DNA of 61,393 nucleotides, the filler included, from Candidatus Woesearchaeota archaeon CG1_02_57_44 (GTDB taxonomy: Archaea; Nanobdellota; Nanobdellia; Woesearchaeales; CG1-02-57-44), in assembly GCA_001871415.1 (NCBI GenBank). It is 4 parts of 4 records of this genome, joined end to end, with 100 filler letters (N's around TTAATTAATTAA, not from the genome) between each part and the next. Parts side by side here need not be neighbours in the genome. Positions count along the whole stretch, not along the records: positions 18,614 to 40,109 come from MNWW01000057.1; positions 40,210 to 56,036 come from MNWW01000064.1; 2 more parts are not named here. One strand, 5' to 3'. The notes under the pieces were generated by a model. It was not told the DNA's origin and made no database searches. It was given only the letters and a program-made list of their open reading frames with translations. The number at the start of each line of letters is the position of its first letter. Position 1 is the stretch's first letter. The position numbers and the translations under genes are program-made. Shown here piece by piece: positions 38,731-50,330 of this stretch.

Positions 38731-39878
38731 GAGTCGCCTCAAAGAGTTGCGGCACGAAAGAGACCGGCAGGGACCTGGCCATCTGGGTCGCTGACGGGCC
38801 CTGCCAGGCCGCAGGCGTCTTCACCCAGACCAGCATGCCAAGCTATGCCGTGACCAGCAACCGAAGGAAGATAGCAGGTGATGTGCAGGCCATCCTCGTG
38901 TCCGCAGGTGTAGCCAATGTCTTCACCGGAGCTGAAGGTGAGCAAGACGCTGATGAGATAGTCGCTCATGCAGCGGATGAGCTCGGTATCCCTCAGGAAT
39001 CAGTATTGTTCTTCACCACCGGCTTCATCGGATCACGTCTGCCGGTCGACGCCATCAAGGCATCATTGTCCGGCATCGCCGACGAGCTCGCGGACGATGA
39101 TGAACAGGCGGCGAGGGCGATCATGACCACCGACACCGTGTCCAAGACTGTGCAGGTGAAAGTATCGACCAGCGTGGGTGATGTGACCATCGGCGCGACA
39201 GCCAAAGGAAGCGGCATGGTCAATCCGAACATGGCGACGCTGCTCTGCTTCGTCTCCACTGATGCCGCCATATCCCATGACGTGCTCCAGCCCATGCTGA
39301 AGCGCTGCGTCGATAGGTCCCTGAACATGGTGGCCATCGATAATGATACGGCATTCTCAGACAGCTGCGTGATGCTGGCGACCGGCGCGGTGAAAGTGCG
39401 CGAGCGCGACCATGAGGCAGTGGAATCAGGATTGCTCGACTGCCTGACGCAGGTAGCGCGACTGATAGCCATGGACGGCGAGGGCTCTACACGCATGTTC
39501 GAGGTGCAGGTGACCGGGGGCCTCACCGAGGAGGACGCGCGCAAAGTGGCAAAGTCCATAGCGTCATCCATGCTGGTCAAGACCGCGGTGTTCGGCGAGG
39601 ATCCGAATGTCGGCAGGGTATTATGCGCCGCGTCGTACGCTGGAGCGAAACTGGACGAAAAGCGCCTGGCGGTGTCGGTTGTGCATGACGACCTGCAGAT
39701 CCCCATGGTCAAAGACGGCGTGGTGCTCAGCTATGACCGGCGCAAGGCCGCTGCGGTCATGAAGAGCGATTGTCCGGTATTTGTCTTGGAGCTGGGCATG
39801 GGGGAGGGAGCAGCGACCGCCTTCGGCTGCGATCTCACGGACCAGTATGTCAGCATCAACGCTGATTTCCCGACGTGA
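38703..39878 (+). CDS. argJ: Ornithine acetyltransferase family protein (divergent)
   Basis: AIMTTDT, KGSGMVNPNMATLL (autocleavage Thr), DGEGSTR, KTAVFGEDPN and GCDLT..YV.INA motifs. Confidence 0.88.
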   Translation: MGCGTIEGIRVASKSCGTKETGRDLAIWVADGPCQAAGVFTQTSMPSYAVTSNRRKIAGDVQAILVSAGVANVFTGAEGEQDADEIVAHAADELGIPQESVLFFTTGFIGSRLPVDAIKASLSGIADELADDDEQAARAIMTTDTVSKTVQVKVSTSVGDVTIGATAKGSGMVNPNMATLLCFVSTDAAISHDVLQPMLKRCVDRSLNMVAIDNDTAFSDSCVMLATGAVKVRERDHEAVESGLLDCLTQVARLIAMDGEGSTRMFEVQVTGGLTEEDARKVAKSIASSMLVKTAVFGEDPNVGRVLCAASYAGAKLDEKRLAVSVVHDDLQIPMVKDGVVLSYDRRKAAAVMKSDCPVFVLELGMGEGAATAFGCDLTDQYVSINADFPT

Positions 39879-39882
39879 GGAA

Positions 39883-40023
39883 GAATAACAAAAATCCGCC
39901 ACTCGGCGCTAACCGCGGCCTGAAGGCCGCGGTATTACCGCGCCTCGTCATTGCATGCGGATTTTTGAATTGCAAAGCACGTCCTGAAGGACGGGGTATT
40001 CAACCCCGTGCTTTGCAATAACA
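39883..40023 (+). mobile_element. 141-bp non-coding palindromic element, copy 1 (IS200/IS605-end-like or REP-like)
   Basis: Matches the reverse complement of 56241-56381 at all but 2 positions; two stem-loop modules, each with a CC-TGAA-GG hairpin. Confidence 0.75.
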
Positions 40024-40109
40024 TTTTCACTTGTAACCGAACAGCTTATCGTAGCCCTTATTGTCCACTATGCTGAGGACAAACAGGAAGATTTCGACTT
40101 GATCGCCTT

Positions 40110-40209
40110 NNNNNNNNNNNNNNNNNNNNNNNNNNNNNNNNNNNNNNNNNNNNTTAATTAATTAANNNNNNNNNNNNNNNNNNNNNNNNNNNNNNNNNNN
40201 NNNNNNNNN
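40110..40209. other. Contig-join spacer (artificial)
   Basis: Ns plus TTAATTAATTAA. Confidence 0.97.
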
Positions 40210-40277
40210 ACGGGCAGTGTCCGCCTATTAAAGCTTTGCTGCGAAACCGTTATAATATCTGATAGTATCACCGAGGC

Positions 40278-40946
40278 ATGCACCTGCCAGCAGGCGAGCG
40301 AGCGCCGGCATCAGCGCACCTTCTCGTCGGGACGGCCAGCGGCGCGGTCTTCCGCTATCAGGAGCCATGCGTGGATCCGCTGCGGCCGGTGTTCGAGGTC
40401 TATGGCCCCATCCTCGCCCTGGGCCATCACCGGGACGATGTGGTCGCCATGTATAAGACGGTCAGGAATGGCCATGAATTAGTGCTCTTGCGCAATCTCA
40501 CGCGCGCGTGCGAGCCCCATCCGTTCGCTGGCATCCCGTCCACGACCAGCGTGCAGACCTATGTCCTCTCGGAGGGCACCCTTGAGCTACGCACGAATGG
40601 AGGCCGACTCTCCTTCGACCTGAGCGAGGTGACCACGACCATGCGCTACCAGAACGGCTGGAGCACCATGGCGTTCAGGCAGCCCTTTTCCTGGAATGAT
40701 TATCACTGCAGACTGTATCCGAGGGCAACACCGGGATATGCTCCTGCGGGCGCTGGTGATAAGGCTCCTGTGCCCATGCGGATATCCGAGGGCCGGAGGA
40801 TATCCCTCGCATCCTTGGTGGTGCACCGGCAGGGATCTGACCTTGAGCGCATCCTGCGCAATGATGTCACCTGCGTGACCGTGGTCAGAACTGCTCATCA
40901 GCGAGCCGAAGGTAGTCTTTCACGCGTTGCAAGGTCTGTTCTATGA
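40278..40946 (+). CDS. Hypothetical protein
   Basis: 222-aa ORF with TTATAATA box about 25 nt upstream; overlaps the convergent gene by 62 nt. Confidence 0.55.
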   Translation: MHLPAGERAPASAHLLVGTASGAVFRYQEPCVDPLRPVFEVYGPILALGHHRDDVVAMYKTVRNGHELVLLRNLTRACEPHPFAGIPSTTSVQTYVLSEGTLELRTNGGRLSFDLSEVTTTMRYQNGWSTMAFRQPFSWNDYHCRLYPRATPGYAPAGAGDKAPVPMRISEGRRISLASLVVHRQGSDLERILRNDVTCVTVVRTAHQRAEGSLSRVARSVL

Positions 40947-41346
40947 GAAATTTCTCCACTTTCTGCTCAAAGAGTTCCGCGAGACCCTGACCTTCAGCAA
41001 TGCGGTATTTGGCACGCAACCGCTCGACCAGGAAAAGTTCCCGAAACCTACGCAACTGCCTGCGGATATTTGACTCGTGCACGCCTAACAAGGGCAGCCC
41101 AGCGTCCTTGCGCAGCACTTTCACCTGTTCCGTAAGGTCACGCGCGCTCAGCCATTTCTGTCCTTTTCGCGCCTCAAGAAGCGCGTGCAGCACGTCAACC
41201 ACGCTGTCTCGGGAGTCTCCTGGCTGCAAGAGCCCGATGGACAGGCAGATACGTTTGCACAGAGCGCGCTTGCTTATCTGATAGGGCTTCTCGTATCGCC
41301 GTATGACTATCTCAAACAACGGCGCTTCTTTGGCAAAGGTTCCCAT
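40885..41346 (-). CDS. Putative winged-helix protein
   Basis: IRRYEKP, CLSIGLLQPGDSRD and HESNIRRQLRRFRELFLVE (recognition helix/wing-like). Confidence 0.7.
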   Translation of the reverse strand: MGTFAKEAPLFEIVIRRYEKPYQISKRALCKRICLSIGLLQPGDSRDSVVDVLHALLEARKGQKWLSARDLTEQVKVLRKDAGLPLLGVHESNIRRQLRRFRELFLVERLRAKYRIAEGQGLAELFEQKVEKFLIEQTLQRVKDYLRLADEQF

Positions 41347-41481
41347 GATGACCACACACCCATGCATTGCAGGAGTATCCACACGAGCTGGTCCATTGCG
41401 CTGTATGCAACGCTCCCAACTTGTCCCTCAACAGCTCATACCACGGTAACGTCCCACGACAGGACGCAACCCCCTGCATTA

Positions 41482-41730
41482 TATGTTTAATCCTGATTCA
41501 TCCTATGTTTAATCCTGATTCATCCTATGTTTAATCCTGATTCATCCTATGTTTAATCCTGATTCATCATATGTTTAATCCTGATTCATCCTATGTTTAA
41601 TCCTGATTCATCCTATGTTTAATCCTGATTCATCCAATACGGTTAAGTCCTGATTCATCCTATGTTTAATCCTGATTCATCCTATGTATGTTTAATCCTG
41701 ATTCATTCAATACTGTTTAGTCCTGTTTCT
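41482..41730. repeat. 22-bp tandem array (about 11 units)
   Basis: Unit TATGTTTAATCCTGATTCATCC; seven head-to-tail copies 41482-41635, then variants; the last degenerate unit overlaps the tfe stop. Confidence 0.95.
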
Positions 41731-42241
41731 TGTCCACTTTGGCCAGGATCTTCTCAAGCTCAGCCACTTGCGCTTCTATGTTGCTGATGGTCTTATCATT
41801 CTCCACAGGCATGAGCAGCTTACCGCATTCTGGGCAACGGAAATCAAAGTTCATAGCGTGCTCAAAATCCATGCGTAGGGTAAGATCAGGACAGATATAG
41901 AACTGGCCTGTGCGCTCTTTCTCCAGCCTGCCGCGCAGTTTCTCTATCTTCTGGTGCTTGAGCGAGATGTAAAGGTCAGGGACCCGCTTCTTGTTAAATA
42001 TCCAGCTGTAGATGTACCATCCTTTCTGGCGGTCCTTGCGTCGCGTATAGGTGACCAGGTTCACATGGAAGAGCTTGTAGAGGATGTTGCGCACGGTCTT
42101 GATGTCCATGTCAGAAAGGGCAGCGAGTTTGAATTCCGAGACTTTCTTGCGGTTCTTGCGAAGGATGCCTATAAGTGCTACTGCCTCAGGACCACCAACT
42201 TCTTCCACTACCTCCGTGATGACGGACTCGGTTACACGCAT
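41717..42241 (-). CDS. tfe: Transcription factor E (TFE-alpha)
   Basis: VRNILYKL...LVTYTRRKDRQKGWYIYSW wHTH; YICP...AMNFDFRCPECG zinc ribbon. Confidence 0.92.
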   Translation of the reverse strand: MRVTESVITEVVEEVGGPEAVALIGILRKNRKKVSEFKLAALSDMDIKTVRNILYKLFHVNLVTYTRRKDRQKGWYIYSWIFNKKRVPDLYISLKHQKIEKLRGRLEKERTGQFYICPDLTLRMDFEHAMNFDFRCPECGKLLMPVENDKTISNIEAQVAELEKILAKVDKKQD

Positions 42242-42335
42242 CTATGTTTTGTTTCCGAGTGAATTTAAATACTTTATGCTTAAAAATTATGCGTAAAGGC
42301 CTCCGCCCTCCTGCTTTGGATCAGCACCAGTAAGA

Positions 42336-42382
42336 TTTAAATAGTTGACCTGTGTCCCATTCTTGTTGACCTTAAGTCAACA
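42336..42382 (+). promoter_or_regulatory. TATA box plus palindromic operator upstream of groES
   Basis: TTTAAATA (42336-42343); TGTTGAC-CTTAA-GTCAACA (42364-42382); extra GTTGACCT half-site at 42344. Confidence 0.55.
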
Positions 42383-42534
42383 GAAACCAGTATAGTGGCC
42401 AATGCTGTAGAATGGCCAATGGAATGACAAGGACCGATGGATTGGCAAGTGCGAAGTACTTGTGAAGCAGACGGTATGCAGATGTATACAAGTACGACGG
42501 ACTTGAGGTCAGGGTAGATACAGGGGGTGAAAAC

Positions 42535-44461
<1,927 letters not shown>

Positions 44462-44718
44462 GCCCTGCCGATTTTTTCTTTTTACCTATTTTTTCGTGCG
44501 ATACCACATCGATACCAATACGATACTTTGACAGCAACACGATTAAAGGTGCAGGAGTCGACATGCCATCAAGAAGCTATCAACCACAACCCTTTTTAAG
44601 GGAGCATGCATCCGCCCCATAAGAGTGCGATTGCAACGATTGAGTACCAGAGCGCATTGAAAAAAAAACAGTCCGAACACATTAACATCAATCAAAACAA
44701 ATCAACCTGAACACCACC

Positions 44719-46578
44719 ATGGAATTCAAGACCACAAGGGACATAGCCGTTCCCAAACGCATCATCGACCAGGTCATAGGCCAGGAGGACGCGGTCAATA
44801 TCATCCGCAAAGCGGCGGGCCAGCGTCGCCACGTTCTGCTCATCGGCGACCCTGGGACAGGCAAGTCCATGTTGGGCACGGCCCTGGCGGAGATGCTGCC
44901 AAAAGAAAAACTTGTTGACGTCATATCATTTGCGAACCCTGACGATGAGAACCAGCCGCTCATCAGGAGCATGCCCGCGGGCAAGGGCCGCGAGCTCATT
45001 ACGCAGGCGCGCCTGGAAAGCCAGAACGCGTTTCGCAGCCAAAGCGCCCTCATGCTCATCTTGGCCATCATCTCCATGATAAGCCCCTGGTGGGTGCGCT
45101 CCTACTACAACAGCGATATCATGTTCGCCGCGTTCTTCATCGGTGGCATGCTGTTTCTGGTCTCCTTCATCATGTTCCTCAATTTTGGTCGCCGTCAGGA
45201 AACGAAGGCCAAGGTGCCCAAGGTGATAGTTGATAATTTCAAGCGCAAGGAAGCGCCTTTCCAGGACGCGACCGGCGCGCACGCTGGCGCGCTGCTTGGC
45301 GATGTGCTCCATGACCCCTTCCAGTCTGGTGGCCTGGGGACGCCAGCGCACGAACGCGTTGTCGCGGGCATGATTCACAAGGCCAACATGGGCGTGCTCT
45401 TCATCGACGAGATAGCGACCCTCCAGCAACATACGCAACAGGAGCTGTTGACCGCGCTGCAAGAAGGAAAGTTCGCTATAACCGGCCAGTCTGAGCGCTC
45501 GGCAGGAGCCATGGTACGAACAGAACCCGTGCCCTGCAGTTTTATCCTGCTTGCCGCAGGCAATCTGGACACGGTCAAGCACATGCATCCTGCCTTGCGA
45601 AGCCGGATCCGCGGCTATGGCTACGAAGTATATATGAAAGATACTATGGAAGATACCCTTGACAACCAAGACAAGATTGCCCGATTTGTCGCCCAAGAAA
45701 TCGCTAAGGACGGCAGGATACCTGCCTTCTCGCACGCGGCTGTTGATACCATCATCATCGAAGCGCGGCGCATGGCGAATCGCAAGGGCCACCTTACGTT
45801 GCGTCTGCGCGAGCTCGGAGGCCTTATCCGCGCTGCGGGAGATATCACACTGGAGGACAAGGCCAAAGTCGTCGAGCCATCGCACATCCAGAAAGCAAGG
45901 ATGGTCGCAAGGACACTTGAGCAACAGATTGCTGACAAGTTCATTGAGCGCAAGCGTGAGTACGAGGTCATACGCGTCCAGGGAACGCGTGTGGGGCGCG
46001 TGAATGGCTTGGCGGTCATCGGTTCAGACCTCGCGTTCTCCGGCATCATCCTGCCCATCGAGGCGGAGATCACCCCTGGTGGAAAGGAGAAAGAGATCAT
46101 AGCCACCGGCAAGCTGGGGGAGATAGCCAAGGAAGCGATAAAGAACGTCTCGGCCATCATCAAGCGCTATTTCGGCGATGACATCAAGAAGTATGACCTC
46201 TACGTGCAGTTCCTGCAGACCTACGAGGGCGTGGAAGGAGACTCAGCGTCTATCGCTGTCGCAACCGCAATCATCAGCGCGCTCAAGAAGATACCGGTCA
46301 GGCAGGATACCGCGATGACCGGCTCATTGTCCGTGCGCGGCGAGGTGCTGCCCGTGGGTGGCGTGTCCAGCAAGGTCGAGGCGGCAATCGACGCGGGCCT
46401 CAAGCGCGTCATCGTGCCCAAGACCAACCTGCGCGACATCGTCATCGAGAAATCGCGGCTCGCCCGGATAGAGGTCATCCCGGTGTCCGGCGTGGCTGAG
46501 GTGCTCGAGCAGGCCATGGACTGGAAGAATAACACCGCGGTGCTCAGGAAGGTGCGGGCTGTGAACGGCAACAGCTAG
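44719..46578 (+). CDS. lonB: Archaeal membrane Lon protease (LonB)
   Basis: [15 protein letters not shown], two TM insert, [19 protein letters not shown] (Ser) and GGVSSK (Lys). Confidence 0.95.
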   Translation: MEFKTTRDIAVPKRIIDQVIGQEDAVNIIRKAAGQRRHVLLIGDPGTGKSMLGTALAEMLPKEKLVDVISFANPDDENQPLIRSMPAGKGRELITQARLESQNAFRSQSALMLILAIISMISPWWVRSYYNSDIMFAAFFIGGMLFLVSFIMFLNFGRRQETKAKVPKVIVDNFKRKEAPFQDATGAHAGALLGDVLHDPFQSGGLGTPAHERVVAGMIHKANMGVLFIDEIATLQQHTQQELLTALQEGKFAITGQSERSAGAMVRTEPVPCSFILLAAGNLDTVKHMHPALRSRIRGYGYEVYMKDTMEDTLDNQDKIARFVAQEIAKDGRIPAFSHAAVDTIIIEARRMANRKGHLTLRLRELGGLIRAAGDITLEDKAKVVEPSHIQKARMVARTLEQQIADKFIERKREYEVIRVQGTRVGRVNGLAVIGSDLAFSGIILPIEAEITPGGKEKEIIATGKLGEIAKEAIKNVSAIIKRYFGDDIKKYDLYVQFLQTYEGVEGDSASIAVATAIISALKKIPVRQDTAMTGSLSVRGEVLPVGGVSSKVEAAIDAGLKRVIVPKTNLRDIVIEKSRLARIEVIPVSGVAEVLEQAMDWKNNTAVLRKVRAVNGNS

Positions 46579-46732
46579 GCCGACCTTGCAGGCCCTGCTG
46601 GCTATGCGGCCATGAACTCCTGCAAGAATGAAATCCTGCGAGCCAATGCTCCAATCATCAAATACCAATCAGGAGGAAAACCGACAGTCCGTTCCATACA
46701 GTACCATCATGCCAGCACCTGCCTGAAGAAGG

Positions 46733-47482
46733 TCAGTACCCTCTCGCGCCGCCGCCGTCGATGAGGATGGCCTGCCCGGTGATGGCCGCGGCCTGCTCGC
46801 CGCAGAGGAACGCGACGAGCGCGCCGACTTCCTCTGGCCTGATGAGCCTGCCAAGGGGCATCTGCTTGGCCCAATCCTGCTTGACCATATCGGCATCGCC
46901 TCTTGCCCCGGCAAGCTCTGTCAGACGTCGGGTATCAGTCATGCCCGGGCAGACGGTGTTGAACGTGATGCCCGAATACTGCAAGGACAATGATTTCTGC
47001 ACGGCATGGATAGCGCTCCTCACCGCATTGCTCAGCAGCAGGCCGTCGATGGGCTCTTTCACGCTCTTGCTCATGAGCGCAACGATTCTGCCCTTGCCTT
47101 TCATGTGCGGCACAGCAGCTTTGACCAGCCGGACGTACGGCATCATCAATGCCTGCCAGGCTGTCATAAAATCCTGCTCTGTCAGTTCAGCCAGGTTTCC
47201 TGGTTTAGGACCACCAGTGTTAAACACCAGGATATCAACGCGTCCCTGCTGCGCGACGGTCGCATCAACCCAGCTCTGGCTGTCCTGCTCTAAATCAAGG
47301 ACACTCGCCTGAACGCTCGTATACCGTCCCAGTTTCATGGCAGCGTCCTGCAATGCGTCTTTCCCGCGCGCGCAGATGCTCAGCACACACCCTTCGCGCG
47401 CGAGCGCTTCAGCGATGGCAAAACCCATGCCACTGGAAGCGCCTCCGACCATGGCGACTTTTCCGCGCAGATGAAGGTCCAT
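46733..47482 (-). CDS. Short-chain dehydrogenase/reductase
   Basis: GASSGMG, NTGGP, LSNAVR, NTVCPG and ITGQAILIDGG motifs. Confidence 0.9.
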   Translation of the reverse strand: MDLHLRGKVAMVGGASSGMGFAIAEALAREGCVLSICARGKDALQDAAMKLGRYTSVQASVLDLEQDSQSWVDATVAQQGRVDILVFNTGGPKPGNLAELTEQDFMTAWQALMMPYVRLVKAAVPHMKGKGRIVALMSKSVKEPIDGLLLSNAVRSAIHAVQKSLSLQYSGITFNTVCPGMTDTRRLTELAGARGDADMVKQDWAKQMPLGRLIRPEEVGALVAFLCGEQAAAITGQAILIDGGGARGY

Positions 47483-47610
47483 TCCGCAGTGGGATGCACC
47501 AGAGTACAAATATGTTTGCAGGCCCGAGTGTCTGTCTGGATGATAACACCAGCATCGATGCTTTTTAGTCAACCCCAACATATTTATACCAACTTCCTCT
47601 CGGCCGAGTT

Positions 47611-50319
47611 ATGGGTCAATATAGCGCGCAATCAACTGCTGGCGAAGTCGATAAGGTCCCTCTGTCAGACGAGCACAAGATACCGCTCAAGGATCTGCTC
47701 AAGCGCCTGGACACAACGCAGGATGGCCTGTCCGAGCAGGAGGCGAAAGCGCGTCTGCAACAATACGGTCCGAATGTCCTCTCATCCAAAGGCAAAGCTG
47801 GACCCCTGATCAAATTTCTCAGCCAATTCACTAACTTCTTCGCCCTGCTCCTGATAGGCGGCGCGGCATTGGCGTTTGTCGCTGAGCGTTTGGACCCTGG
47901 CCAGGGCAACATCTACATCGGCTATGCCCTCGCGGTGGTGGTGCTGCTCAACGCGACCTTCACGTTCATCCAGGAATACCAGAGCGAGCGCATCATGGAA
48001 TCCTTCGCAAGGATGCTGCCAAAGATGGTGACCGTGCTACGCTCTGGTAAGCAAAAGGAGGTCGCCTCGCGCGACATCGTGCCTGGCGATATCGTCCTGC
48101 TCAACGAGGGCATGGCCATCCCTGCTGACGGCCGGCTGCTGGAGCAGAACGCGATGAAGATTGACCTCTCGCCCATCACGGGCGAGTCCGAGCCAGAGCT
48201 GCGAAAGCTTGTCTGCACGCATGAGAATATCCTCGAGAGCCGTAACATGGTCTTCTCAGGGACGAGCGTACAGACAGGCAACGGCAAGGCCATCATCTAC
48301 GGCACCGGCATGGACACGGAGATAGGCAAGATAGTGCGCATGACCCGTGAGACAGGCAGCGTCGATAGTCCTCTGCGAAAGGAGCTGCATCACTTCATCA
48401 AGATAATATCTGCCATGGCAATCGGTCTTGGTGTCACCTTCTTTCTTGTCTCTGTCCTGCTGGGCCAGCAACTTATAGGCAGCATCATCTTCGCCATCGG
48501 CATCATCGTGGCCAATGTGCCTGAAGGTCTTTTGCCGACCGTCACCTTATGCTTGAGCATCGCGGCAAAACGCATGGCCAAACGAAACGCGCTCATAAAG
48601 AATCTGGATTCTGTTGAAACGCTGGGAAGCACGACCGTCATCTGCACGGACAAGACAGGAACCATCACGCAGAATAAGATGACCGTCACGACCCTCTGCC
48701 TGGGGACTGAAGAGTTCCATGCCTACAGCCCGAAGCTGGGCCGGGAGCCAGCATTCAGCATGGCCCGAGACATCATGGCCTTGTGCAACAACGCGCGCGA
48801 GCAGGAAGGTCATCTGGTGGGGGACCCGACCGAGACCGCGCTGCTCGCCTTTGCAGGGAAGCATGCCTACCGCCAGCTCCCCCGGGTGCACGAGAGCCCC
48901 TTTGACAGCAAGACCCGGCGCATGATAGTGACGAGCAAAGACAAGGAACGCATGCTGGCATTCCTCAAGGGCGCGCCAGAGAAAGTAGTATCCATGTGCG
49001 ACAGCATCCAGTCCGGCAGGAAAAAACGCGCCCTCACCGTCAAGGACAGGAAAGAGATCATGGCCGTCTATGAGCGACTGGCCGCCAGGGGCGAACGCGT
49101 GCTCGCCCTCGGCGTCAAGCAGACCAGGACGGAGAAATCCAGCGAAGAAGGTTTCACCTATGTCGGCCTTATCGGCCTTATGGACCCTCCGCGAAACGAG
49201 ATCCCTGACGCGCTGGCCAAATGCCGCAGCGCCGGCATCCGCGTCATCATGATAACCGGGGACCATGGCACCACAGCAGAGGCCATAGCAAGGCAGGTCG
49301 GTCTGATCCTGCCCAAATCCGGCAGGGTCATCCGCAGCGAGGACCTGGACGCCATGCCCGAGGAGCGCCTGCGCAGGATACTCGCCGAGGACGGCCTGGT
49401 CTTCGCGCGGGCAAGGCCCGAGCAGAAACTGCGTATCGTCAAGGCCTTGCAGGCGAATGGTGAGGTCGTGACCGTGACCGGCGACGGTGTCAATGACGCA
49501 CCCGCGCTCAAGAACGCTGACATGGGCGTGGCTATGGGCCTGTCAGGAACAGAAGTGGCCAGGGAAGCCGCTGACATGGTGCTGCTCGATGATAATTTCG
49601 CGACCATTGTCAACGCGGTCGAGGAAGGCCGCACGGTCTTTGAGAACATCAAGAAATTCATCGCCTACATCCTGACCAGTAACATCCCGGAGATAATGCC
49701 GTTCATCGCCTTCGCGCTCTGGCAGCTGCCACTCGCGATAACCGTCCCGTTGATTCTCGCCATCGACCTGGGCACGGACCTGCTGCCGGCCATAGCGCTC
49801 GGCGTGGAGAAACCTGAATCCGACGTCATGCGCAACAGGCCGCGCTCCCGGTCAGAGCGTCTGATGAGCGGCAAGCTGCTGTTCATGTCCTATGGCATCA
49901 TCGGCATGATACAGGCAATGGCGGGATTCTTCGCGTTCTTCTTCATCTTGGTGAGAGGAGGCTGGACATGGGGCGCTACTCCTGATACCGTAGTCTATCA
50001 TACCGCGATCACGGCCTTTTTCATGAGCATCATCGTCTGCCAGGTCGCCGACGTGCTTATCTGCAGGACCCGACGCCAGAGCATCATCCACGCCCGGAAC
50101 AACCCGCTCATCTGGGCAGGCATCGCTGTGGAGCTTTGCCTGGTGGCCATCATCTCCTATGTCCCAGCGGCCAACGTATTCTTCCAGACCCAGCCGCTGC
50201 AGCTCTGGCACTGGCTGCTGCCTGTGCCCTTCGCCCTGGTCATTCTATTCGGCGACGAGCTAAGGAAATACCTGGCGCGCCGCGACAACGCGTTCGTGCT
50301 GCGCTATCTGACCTGGTGA
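47611..50319 (+). CDS. P-type cation-transporting ATPase, Na+/K+-ATPase-like (P2C)
   Basis: TGES, IVANVPEGL, DKTGT, KGAPE, TGDGVND, YILTSNIPE, IDLGTD and QVADVLICRTRR motifs. Confidence 0.92.
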   Translation: MGQYSAQSTAGEVDKVPLSDEHKIPLKDLLKRLDTTQDGLSEQEAKARLQQYGPNVLSSKGKAGPLIKFLSQFTNFFALLLIGGAALAFVAERLDPGQGNIYIGYALAVVVLLNATFTFIQEYQSERIMESFARMLPKMVTVLRSGKQKEVASRDIVPGDIVLLNEGMAIPADGRLLEQNAMKIDLSPITGESEPELRKLVCTHENILESRNMVFSGTSVQTGNGKAIIYGTGMDTEIGKIVRMTRETGSVDSPLRKELHHFIKIISAMAIGLGVTFFLVSVLLGQQLIGSIIFAIGIIVANVPEGLLPTVTLCLSIAAKRMAKRNALIKNLDSVETLGSTTVICTDKTGTITQNKMTVTTLCLGTEEFHAYSPKLGREPAFSMARDIMALCNNAREQEGHLVGDPTETALLAFAGKHAYRQLPRVHESPFDSKTRRMIVTSKDKERMLAFLKGAPEKVVSMCDSIQSGRKKRALTVKDRKEIMAVYERLAARGERVLALGVKQTRTEKSSEEGFTYVGLIGLMDPPRNEIPDALAKCRSAGIRVIMITGDHGTTAEAIARQVGLILPKSGRVIRSEDLDAMPEERLRRILAEDGLVFARARPEQKLRIVKALQANGEVVTVTGDGVNDAPALKNADMGVAMGLSGTEVAREAADMVLLDDNFATIVNAVEEGRTVFENIKKFIAYILTSNIPEIMPFIAFALWQLPLAITVPLILAIDLGTDLLPAIALGVEKPESDVMRNRPRSRSERLMSGKLLFMSYGIIGMIQAMAGFFAFFFILVRGGWTWGATPDTVVYHTAITAFFMSIIVCQVADVLICRTRRQSIIHARNNPLIWAGIAVELCLVAIISYVPAANVFFQTQPLQLWHWLLPVPFALVILFGDELRKYLARRDNAFVLRYLTW

Positions 50320-50330
50320 GCAATGACAGC

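Noticed and set aside
41482..41730. CRISPR array
   Set aside because: Units are head-to-tail with no unique spacers, and there are no cas genes in the window.
42364..42382. CIRCE or HAIR operator
   Set aside because: Does not match TTAGCACTC-N9-GAGTGCTAA or CTTGAGT-N7-ACTCAAG.
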